Below the pieces are notes generated by a model. The model worked only from the letters and a program-made list of their open reading frames with translations. It did not search any database and had not been told where the DNA came from. From assembly GCF_006345805.1 (NCBI RefSeq), contig NC_043001.1, positions 7,564,001 through 7,628,000 of the forward strand: a stretch of DNA of 64,000 nt, in the 5' to 3' direction. The position numbers were made by a program, and so were the translations under genes. This stretch comes from Octopus sinensis. Lineage: Eukaryota. Positions within the stretch are counted from its first letter, which is position 1. Every line of letters starts with the position of its first letter. This document shows, piece after piece, positions 53,244 through 64,000 of the stretch.

Positions 53244-55112
53244 ACGATTATTTAGTTGTTATTCTTAACATATCACACGCGTTTAATAAGCGAAAAATGA
53301 CCATATCGTTTGAAAGGACAGCAACAAAGTGATAAGCCTCTTGGTAACAGCTTGGCTTGTTACAATGAAAACTGGCCCCTATGTGTCTGTAGCTTTCGAC
53401 TTGCTAAATTTACCCCATATTTGCACATTTTATAAGTTACTAACTCTTTATTTATTAATTTACTGCAAAATAAATATCATGCAAAACTCCGTAAATACAT
53501 CAAATATGAAATTAATTGGAACAAAACTGAAATGATTGAAAAGTGACAGCCATATTGAAAAGATCCTATCTATGATCAAAAATTGATCTCGCCAAACACA
53601 AACAGATCCATGAACTGTGAATTTTCTCCTACACTGAAGCGCAAAACAATCACTCACATACCGCCGCAACATTCAACACTAACTGAACTGATCTCAATTT
53701 CCAGCGATGTAATAGAATGTTTTCCAAAATACTAGGAATTAACGCAGCTTTCCTTCTGGTACTAAAACTAAGAAATATGGTCAGGTACGCAGTTAGACAA
53801 TGTTTAATTACCCAAACGACTAATTGTGTCGAGGTCACTGATACATGTGAGACTAACAAAATGGTTACGACATTAGCTACGAAGTGAATCTCTCTAATGC
53901 TAAGCTATAGTGTATTATCGATCAAAGAGGTGAGTCATAAATCGACTTATCAAAAGAAAGTTACAAGTTAATCAAAGTCTTCAAGAAATTTGTTTTTGTT
54001 TCAAAGTACTCAAGTCATTTCCCTCGTTGCAGTATCGCAGAGTATACTTCATCCGGAATGCCTTCCACTTTCCCGCTCTTTATATTCGTCTCATAAAACA
54101 CACCATTAAAATGAATACCTCCGCATATGCATGCACACATGCACACACACATCCACGCACAAACCCAACACTTAAGACAGACACATCACAGAAGACAAGC
54201 ATACATATACACACAACAATAAAAACAAGCATTAACTCACATACACGCACACACACATACACACACACACCTAAAAAACTGAGGAAACATAATTTCTGCG
54301 AAACCCTTTCAATTCCATTTCTGAACATCCTTGAAATCCATTAAAAATAATACATACATACAGGCGACCATATTTTCAAAAGAAAAGAAATCTCTGAATA
54401 CAATAAAATACTTCACCGCCATTGAAATCCATTGGAAAAATTCCAACCACGTTTTGTGATTCTCTACATCAGTAGCTCCTTTATAGGATTCAGTGACTAA
54501 AGACATCATCTGGAGGAACTACGTCCAGTTTCGGCCCCTACTCCTCAACTGTTTTCGACGGAACGGCTACTCTTTCCTTCCAGATGTTTCTTCAGCTCTG
54601 GTGTTGAGTGTGTCTTCTTTTTCCTTCGGGTTTTGTTCGTTGGTGTCTTCGATACATCTTCAACGAATGTCAGCGGGTTAATGACCACCCTGGCAAATTT
54701 CATTTTCGAATATTCGCCGGTAGTTTCCTGCAGTCTGCACCAGCTAACTGTCACATGATATAATCGAGTGACCAATGGAAGAGAAGGGTGCATAGTTTTG
54801 GCACGTGCACTCTGTAGACATACCTTACGAAAACACATTTAGTTAACCATTTTCGGAATAAAAAAGAAATAACGAACTGTTTTGAAACAAAAATATTTCC
54901 TTCTCGACAAATAGCGTACCCCAAAAAGCAAAATACACATGCATGCCCCCCCCCCGACACACACACACACATACACACAGGTGCGCGCATACTTGTACGC
55001 ACATAAAACTGGCTGTATTATGAACAGATAGTTGCTATTCAAAACAAACGAGTTGTTTTCAATTCAATAGAAACCCCGAAACCTGAACCCAATTCCAAAC
55101 ATAGACAACATA

Positions 55113-55343
55113 CAGTAATTCCACACTATAAATCGCGGTTCACTTATCGCGGTTTTATTATTTAAGTTTACGTCGATTCTTCCGTGGTGTTGTTTTGCAT
55201 TCATAACAAAATAAGTATATATAAAATATTTAAAAAATGATTTTACAAAATATACAGTACAGTACTGTTTCTACTGCACGGATTTTCCCCTATCGCAGGT
55301 GGAGGGTTGGAACGTAACGCCTGCGATAGTCGATGGATTATTG
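55113..55343. mobile_element. Tigger/pogo-like MITE
   Basis: TA-CAGTAATTCCACACTAT...ATAGTCGATGGATTATTG-TA: imperfect TIRs with a TA TSD. Confidence 0.7.
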
Positions 55344-55700
55344 TATACAAGAAGATACTCTAAGTTCATTTCTACCAAAAAAATACGGGTACACAGTTTT
55401 TAATTTCCAATATTTTCTTGTTTCCTTATTTTATTTTCAATTCTTAATATTAGACAAGATGGCGATACACATCGAAACCGGTAATATTTTATAAATTTCC
55501 CTCCATATAACAAATATGGAACAACCTTTAAACATACTTTGGTCTTCATTCCACCTGAAGTTTAACTACAACTTAAGGTTTCTATGGATACGTAACCGCT
55601 TGTCAACTATACGTATGTGTGCATGTGTGTACGTGTGTGTGTGTTTGTGTGAATGTGTGTGTGCGTGCGTGTACGTATGCGTGTGTGTGAGAAAGGGAAC

Positions 55701-55933
55701 CTATTTCTTTACTACCCACAAGGGGGCTAAACACAGAGAGGACAAACAAGGACAGACAAACGGAATAAGCCGATTATATCGACCCAGTGCGTAGCTGGTA
55801 CTTCTTTAATTGACTCCGAAAGGATGTAATGCAAAGTCGACCTCGGCGGAATTAGAACTCAGAATGTAGCGGCAGACGAAATACCGCAAAGCATTTCGCC
55901 CGGCGTGCTAACGTTTCTGCCAGCTCACCGTCC
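55701..55933 (-). mobile_element. SINE family A
   Basis: Reverse complement of the 45773 copy. Confidence 0.88.
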
Positions 55934-56999
55934 TTGTGAGAAAGAGAACCATCGCTGCTAACATAGGTGGACACTTGGCAGTACATTGCTTCACATGGAT
56001 CTGTTGATTATTTAAATACAGAACATTTTCACCTGGCTGACCAGTGGTGCAAGGACGTGGAACATGAAGGTGCAGTGACGCCTTCCAAAGTGTGTGCTTA
56101 CCACAGACGTTCATCATTTACTTCATCTGCGTACGCCTAGCACAACTGAGTCCGATTCTCCATCCTCTCAAACATTGAGATCTGAAGTCGACCACCAGAG
56201 TTATAAGTTTTGCCATCCATGCACGTCTCTTGAACTTTATCCAAAATATTGGTGACTTCTGCTTTCTTCTCTCTCTCGCTCCATACACCGTTTACACCGA
56301 TCTCAGACATTCCAGTCACTCTAGTATCAAGAACCAAAACACGCCTCCAGGCCGTGTTCAGCTGTTCAGTGCACACCGTATGTTAACTTTTCATAAATAA
56401 ATAACTTAGTCAGCACCTTCCGTCTCAAAGTTCGAAATGATTGCTTACTGCAGAGTCTATATTTGCATAGTTAGTGACTTCTGCTCGCGGCAAATCTTGG
56501 TTGCTTTACAAAGAACGTATGACCAAAATAACCCGTAATTAGCAACATCTGCTCAAGTGAAAATCAAATTTTCCATGTCTAATAATTATCAGTCTGTCAT
56601 CTCTTACTGTAGATACCAGCACAGCAAATGTAGAACCACTTCTAAAACAAGCAGGATGAGTTGCTCCGAACACATAAGCATATACGAGGGGACACACTTA
56701 CACACACACTCTCATACACACAAAAACACATACGCATACACACACACAAATACGCACGCACACGACACACACAGAAAAAATAAATCAATCACGCACACAG
56801 ACAAGAAAAAACTGCCATACACGCATATGTACGTGCATTGTTTAGTATAATTTGTAAAAAAAACTGTCAGACGGAACCTGGAACTCTGAATAACAGTTTT
56901 TGTGATATTTTGTAATGCATATTACTTAACCCCTGGTACATACATACAAACACACACACACACATATATATATATACATATATATATACTATTTATGCT

Positions 57000-57409
57000 T
57001 TTACCCTTTTACGCTTTTACTTGTTTCAGTCATTTGACAGCGGCCATGCTGGAGCACCGCCTTTAGTCGAGCAAATCGACCCCGGGACTTATTCTTTGTA
57101 AGCTCAGTACTTATTCTATCGGTCTCTTTTGCCGACCCGCTAGGTGACGGGGACGTAAACACACCAGCATCGGTTGTCAAGCAATGCTAGGGGAACAAAC
57201 AGAGACACACAAACATATTCACACACACTTATATATATATACATATATACGACAGGCTTCTTTCAGTTTCCGCCTACCAAATCCACTCACAAGGCATAGG
57301 TCGGCCCGGGGCTATAGCAGAAGGCACTTGCCCAAGATGCCACGCAGTGGGACTGAACCGGAACCATGTGGTTGGTTAGCAAGCTACTTACCAAACAGCC
57401 ACTCCTGCG

Positions 57410-57410
<1 letters not shown>
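57000..57410 (-). mobile_element. SINE family C (CORE-like), full length
   Basis: Head GGCGCAGGAGTGGCTGTTTGGTAAG, CORE-like CTTGGGCAAGT, tail GGCGGTGCTCCAGCATGGCCGCTGTCAAATGACTGAAAC followed by (GTAAAA)-type repeats. Confidence 0.9.
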
Positions 57411-57480
<70 letters not shown>

Positions 57481-57487
<7 letters not shown>

Positions 57488-58076
57488 AGGTTTGAAAATG
57501 CAATTTTAAAAGATGTTTATTTACTTGACCGGTTTCACTTTTTTAGAAAAAGATTGTCAAAAGTAACGTGTAAAAGCTTTGTTGTGTTAGGTACTGGTGT
57601 TTTACGATAATATGGTAAATTAGATCAGTTCAAGCTAAATATATCTCCCTCATTGTACGTTTATATACCACCAAAATGTTACCTTTATTAACTTATAATT
57701 TTGTGTGTGTATATATATATGTATAGATACAATACCAATATCCCCCTGAACTTTTTAATAATTCTTTCTGTAAACAGTTTTTAACAATTTCTTATTATTA
57801 TAAAAGGATGTATATATGTATTGTAATCTTTTGTACCCAATATTTTAATGAACTTGTCAATTTTTTAAATATTTTCCCAAGATTTTCCCTTGTAAACTGT
57901 TTTTAATATGCTCTTATTATTATCAAAGATGTATATATGTATTGTAATATTTTTTGACAACGAGTACCTAACACAACCAAGCTTTTACATGTTACTTTTG
58001 ACAATTTTTTCTAACAAAGTGAAACCGGTCAAGAAAATAAACATCTTTTAAAATTGCATTTTCAATTCTTCTTTCA
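57481..58076. repeat. ~600-bp element with ~115-bp terminal inverted repeats
   Basis: 57481-57595 versus 57963-58076; internal ~65-bp direct repeats; TA on both flanks; arms carry GAAA-CCGG-TC. Confidence 0.8.
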
Positions 58077-58186
58077 TATATAATTCCATTCGTGCGGTAC
58101 CTTACAACTCCACTTTGTTATATATGTGTACCGTTGGCGATTTTATTTCTTCCGCCTTCCCTTCTCTGGATCTTTCCTTTTCCTAT

Positions 58187-58222
58187 GTTTCTGTCGAAGA
58201 GCTCCGCTCGAAACGTAAGACC
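58187..58222 (+). ncRNA. Minimal hammerhead-like motif, non-canonical core
   Basis: GTTT-CTGTCGAA-GAGC(TCC)GCTC-GAAA-CG-TA-AGAC. Confidence 0.4.
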
Positions 58223-58330
58223 CTCCTTCTTCCCTTCTTTCCTGAGTGTCCAATGTTTCTTCCACGTCCTCGCGTTGTTGTGTTTTCTCTTTGTGTATTC
58301 ATGTTTGGATTAACTTTATATATATATATA

Positions 58331-58557
58331 CTCTTTTACTCTTTTACTCTTTTACTTGTTTTAGTCATTTGACTGCGGCCATGCTGGAGCACCGACTTTA
58401 ATCGAGCTACTCGACCCCGGGACTTATTCTTTTGTAAGCCCAGTACTTACTCTATCGGTCTCTTTTGCCAAACCGCTAAGTAACGGGGACATAAACACAC
58501 CAGCATCGGTTGTCAAGCAATGCTAGGGGAACAAACACAGACACACGCAATATATAT

Positions 58558-58591
<34 letters not shown>

Positions 58592-58775
58592 ATATCTATA
58601 TATATATATACATATATACGACGGGCTTTCTTCAGTTTCCGTCTACCAAATCCACTCACAAGGCATTGGTCGGCCCGAGGCTATAGTAAAAACACTTGCC
58701 CAGGTGCCACGCAGTGGACTGAACCCGGAACCATGTTGTTGGTAAACAGACACTTACCACACAGCCACTTCTGCG

Positions 58776-58777
<2 letters not shown>
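58331..58777 (-). mobile_element. SINE family C (CORE-like), full length
   Basis: Same structure as 57000-57410; tail of (GAGTAAAA)-type repeats. Confidence 0.9.
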
Positions 58778-58857
<80 letters not shown>

Positions 58858-58868
58858 ATATATATATA

Positions 58869-58909
<41 letters not shown>

Positions 58910-58917
58910 TAATATAT

Positions 58918-58950
<33 letters not shown>

Positions 58951-59292
58951 TTTTATATATATAATATACGCGTATTTTCAGAAAATCCACGCATATATTG
59001 TACTTCTTCTTAGCATTTTCTATTAGGAGTTTGTGTACTGGAAGTATTTCCTCAAAGGACTCTTATTTTAATTTGTGATCGCCTTGAAAGCGTTGTGCTA
59101 ACATCTAATTCTAGAAATATTAATTTCAATGATATTTTCTTTATCTAAATACGTTGACATAATGGAAGCAATCGTCACCTCTTGAAGGTGAATTCTACAA
59201 TAAACTATCGACTTTTTATACGTAGTATGTTGTTATATATACACACATATATATATGTGTTTGTGTGTGTGTGTATTTCTGTGTATTTAATG

Positions 59293-59356
<64 letters not shown>

Positions 59357-59363
<7 letters not shown>

Positions 59364-59490
59364 AATGAAAGAATGGAGTCGAACGACGATTTAACAAAGT
59401 TACTTTATTCTCGACATTCTTCGAAGCATATGTCGAGCATAAAGGAATTTTGTTAAATCGTCGTTCGACACCATTCTTTCATTTATCTAT
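59357..59490. repeat. 134-bp hairpin from the 39.5-kb PLE terminal family
   Basis: ~60-bp arms and a 12-nt loop (59418-59429); right arm and 59575-59640 are homologous to 39520-39665. Confidence 0.8.
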
Positions 59491-59639
59491 AGTAAAAACA
59501 ACACACAAATTTCCACACGAAAGCACGTGATTTCTGCTCTTGGCATGTAGCTTCAACCGTGCTTCTGACGTAAAGCTTGCTACCCGGGTAACGGTTAACC
59601 GAATTATCCATACTAGGATAATTCTTCAACTACTTAGAC

Positions 59640-59682
<43 letters not shown>

Positions 59683-59716
59683 TATATATAATATATATAT
59701 ATATATACATATATAG

Positions 59717-59792
<76 letters not shown>

Positions 59793-61495
59793 AAACATAT
59801 ATATATATATAATATATTATATATAATATATATATATATATGTATATATATACCATGTGTCATTGAGTTTGAGTGAATATAGCAATATGGCAAATATGTG
59901 AAAGATTCAAACGTATATAAATAATCAGTCATGAATTAATTATGTATTATATTATAAACTATAATGAAGTCCAAAATTAATTGCCCCTCGGTGGTCGAAA
60001 GTAATGAGCAAATCATTGAAAGTGTCGTAGGCATCCCGTATCTTCTAGTATCATATTTTATATCAACATTATTATCCCGCATATATCTTCTATTTGTATA
60101 GCTTGTGAGGTTTGAATGGGATATGGATAATGTTTTTCGGAAGCATGATGTAAATGTATTTTTTAAAGAAACATTAATAGCGGCTTGCTATTATTGTGTG
60201 AAGATAAGCATAATTCGGTTTAATTTTATAGAGTTTTGTCTGTATCACAACTTAAATTCTCTATCAAATTTTATGGCTCTTAGCATAATTTTTTTTTGTT
60301 AAATTTTCAGTGATATTTTCCATCATTCAGTTCTTAGGAATTCGTCGATCGGGGTTTCTCTGTCAAGTGATCCATAATTTCACAGCAGCGTTGAAGAGTG
60401 AAGATGAGTAGACGTTTCACTTTCTTCCCTTGCGGCACTAGTTAAGTTTTTCTATGTGACATTCAATTTGTTATAGACTCATTGATGAGAGCTAATATAC
60501 AATAATCACTAAGAGCAATTACCTAGGTTTTCCATTAGCAAAAATCATTAATTTGTCATAGGTTTTGTCATGAGATAATGCTCATCAACTTATTAACATG
60601 CTGGCTGCAAATAACAATTTAATGAGATGTATTAACCAATCCTTTTTTTAAAAATAATTGGTTCGTTTTCATAGAAATTAAATTAATGAAAATTAGAATA
60701 TTGAACGTAATTATATCAACGATGTTAATTAGTATAAAATCTTGTACTCATTTGACATTTGATTTCGATATAACTTTTAGGTGATGTATAACGACATCTA
60801 CATATTAAAATGCTCAGAAGTGGATCTCTTAATTGTGAGTCACTATGGGGATGGATGCAAAATTTAATTATACATCCTTCTATAACAGCCTAAGCTAATG
60901 AGGGGGTAGGGGAATATCATTCGGTGCTAAATTGATCAATATATCATTGGATTCATAGTTTTTATACTTCGAAATCCTTTCATTTGATAAGATTTTGTGG
61001 CAATACTCATTGATCCGAAGCAGATTTACTTTAGCGTTAAATTGTAATTTCATTTTCATATCAATTTTATTGGTGCATTTATTAAGTTATCAAATATTCA
61101 GTTAACAGATATATGTATAAGTTACGATCTTAATTGAGTCAATTAGTTCTTGCAAAGCCTGTTTTGAAGAGATTCTCAGCTGCGTTTATTATCTCTCTAA
61201 ATTGCATATATTTATGAGAACGTGCTAAAGTTTATGGTTTAGACATACCACCGGAAGTCAAAAGGAATTCTCCAGTACTTTGAACACGACGGGTCTCAGA
61301 TTTTTGAATATTTTCATAATAAGAGTTTGAAAGGACACGACTGTTATGTGAAATCTATCTTATATGTCACGAGAGAGTTTAAAGATCTATATTCATATCA
61401 TTTTAGTGAGGGTTTTCAAAACTGGAATATGCATCAGATTTATTTTATTAACTAGTTCATTCCAGTTATTTCGGTATTACACACAATATACACGA

Positions 61496-61530
<35 letters not shown>

Positions 61531-62697
61531 GTATTTGTGTGTGTGTGTGTGTTCGTGCGTGTAAGCGCGCGTGTTTAAGCACACAAGTATACGAATAAAA
61601 CGAACTCAACTGAATACATTTCAACTTTTCGCAATGGAAGCATAAACTCACCAAAGATGTCAGAGAATAATTATAGAATAATTATAAAGACTTCGAGAGC
61701 TGTTATATTAGTCTCGAGTGAGATGATGAGGAAAAACGGAGAGGAAATTCCCATGCACCGCAGTTAAAAACACGATTAGCAGTAATTCCACACACACACA
61801 CACATTTAAAATCCCATATATTTTCGAGAGCTGGAAGCACTAAATTCAGTATAAATAATTTCAAACTATATTTGTATAAGAGAGCCGTGCAAGTAATGTT
61901 GTATAGTAGGCAATGTCATTTTTCTCCTTGAGCTAGTTCACCTGAGAAACACACAAAATCTTTTTTGAATGCACTGAGGCAATTAGTAAGTTATTTTCGA
62001 CGAATTCAATCAAGCGAGTTATCGCTATATTGCGAATGAAATGAACGTTAGAGCAAATGAACTGAGACGTTAGGAAATGTTCAGCATAATTATTTGAAAA
62101 TTTGTTTCTTGAGGTTTATACAACTGAATTCATGTTTGAAATCCAAAACAAAAGCAAGGATTTAATACTGATGTAATAGAATAATATTTAGTTATGTCAA
62201 ACGAAGGATTTCATTACAAAGATCACTACGCACGAATATGCTTTAAAATAAAGTTTGAAACTTTCGCATATATTCACATTTTTAAGACTGGATACTAAGG
62301 AAGAGAATGCAAATTTTTCAACGAATCGTCGGTCACTCGATGTCTGGTTGCAAATCTATTGCGTTAATCCCTGAAGAATGGTTATTAATGACAATAATAT
62401 TAAGTAGAATATCATACAAAAGTATGTTTACAGTGAAAAACTGGAACGGAAATGTAAGTTGGCATTTCATAATCCTTTTCTTTTCACCATATTATAATGT
62501 TCAGGATAACGAAGCAATGAAACACGGAAATTTAATGTAGTTTGCATGAAATAAAGAATGTATGTGCAATGATGACATCAATGGCACAGATGCACACACA
62601 AGCACTCAGAACATACATATGCTGCCATATGCTGATACAAATGTAATTAAGTATACACACACACACACACATATATATATGTATGTGTGTGTGTATC

Positions 62698-62753
<56 letters not shown>

Positions 62754-62877
62754 GACTGAATTATCTTTTGTTTACCGTTAACATGGAAAAATTCAATAAA
62801 CAGTTACCAGGGTCTTCGAAACTTATGTCGAAAGTAAAATAATTTTAATAACATCTTCCTTCAACTCCATTTATTTA

Positions 62878-62919
<42 letters not shown>

Positions 62920-63162
62920 TGTGTGTGTGTGTGTGTGTGTGTATGTGTGTGTGTGTGTATATAGATACATAAATAGAGATAGATATATATTGTTTACTAC
63001 ACACAGTATATAAATTTTATGCGGGCATAGCCTGAGGACTGCGTGAAGGTACCAGACGTGTTATTAAATGCTGTCTGTGTTGATTTCATCACACGAAACT
63101 ATTTGCAGGTCATAGAAAATATACACCACATGTTTCAGCTTATTCTTACCTTCTTGAAAGAG

Positions 63163-63194
<32 letters not shown>

Positions 63195-63757
63195 GAGTGT
63201 TTGTGAGCGTGTGAATCCTTGTGTGTGTATTCGTGTGCGGGTGTCTGTGCGTTTGTGTGAATATGTAAGGTCAGAGAATATTTCAATTATCAGATTATTT
63301 CAATGTAGATCACAACACAACACACGAAAATATATGAATAAACTTTAGATAATTTTGAGATAACGAATTATCCGCGAGCAAATCAAATTCGAAATTCTTT
63401 CTAATAATAACAATATCATCTTGCAAACATACAGAAAAGAAATGATAATATACTGCACAGTATTTGTATTGAAATACTGGAGTAAGTGCCACTAGCAATT
63501 TAATTTCATTCACTCAGGATACCGCATATTTCGTATACTCTGAGATAGTATTATAGCCAAGTATTTCCGATGTGTATAGCAAAAATCTTTACTCTATTGA
63601 AGACAGTAAAAATCTCCATATTTTTACGCTAAACCATACAAAATATGTCGTTTTTTTTAGGAAGAGACGAGAATCGATGCTTTTTATTAACAGGTAGTTT
63701 ATATCAAACACACGTATTTCTAGGAGTACATGAATAGGACACATAAAGAAATGCACT

Positions 63758-63825
<68 letters not shown>

Positions 63826-64000
63826 TCCTACATGAAGTCACACTAATATATAGAGATAGATATGTATGTGTGTATATATATATATATATATTGTTATATT
63901 TACTGTGTTCCTGCACAAGCTTCCCATACGTCTTAGATTATTTTAATTTTTTATATATATATTTTCAATTGTTTCTTGTTTTCCTTTCTGATTGTGTGAA

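Noticed and set aside
55960-56380. Possible RTE-LINE C-terminal remnant
   Set aside because: Similarity too weak; no RT motif recovered.

Overview
AT-rich eukaryotic DNA with very dense (TA)n, (CA)n and (GATA)n microsatellites and dozens of transposon relics. The SINE content and microsatellite load suggest an octopus genome (inference). I found no host protein-coding gene I can name, no genuine tRNA or rRNA gene and no CRISPR array; most ORFs in the track are microsatellite artefacts. The dominant feature is a ~4.3 kb head-to-head palindrome (39688-44012) built from two nearly identical, 5'-truncated copies of a Penelope-like element (PLE; RT plus GIY-YIG endonuclease). One arm carries a 652-bp deletion joined at a 5-bp microhomology, and the two arms together reconstruct a ~600-aa RT-EN frame. 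Each arm ends in two tandem E-box/CCAAT/E2F modules. Around it are remnants of a second PLE lineage, about a dozen minimal hammerhead-ribozyme (HHR)-like motifs (one with a fully canonical core at 39449-39547) and several small fold-back palindromes, most of them centred on or containing such motifs. There are also three or four tRNA-derived SINE families, a CR1/L2-type LINE 3' end that shares its tail with one SINE family, a deleted mariner, a Tigger-like MITE and a non-autonomous Helitron. All calls were made by eye; no searches or folding programs were run.
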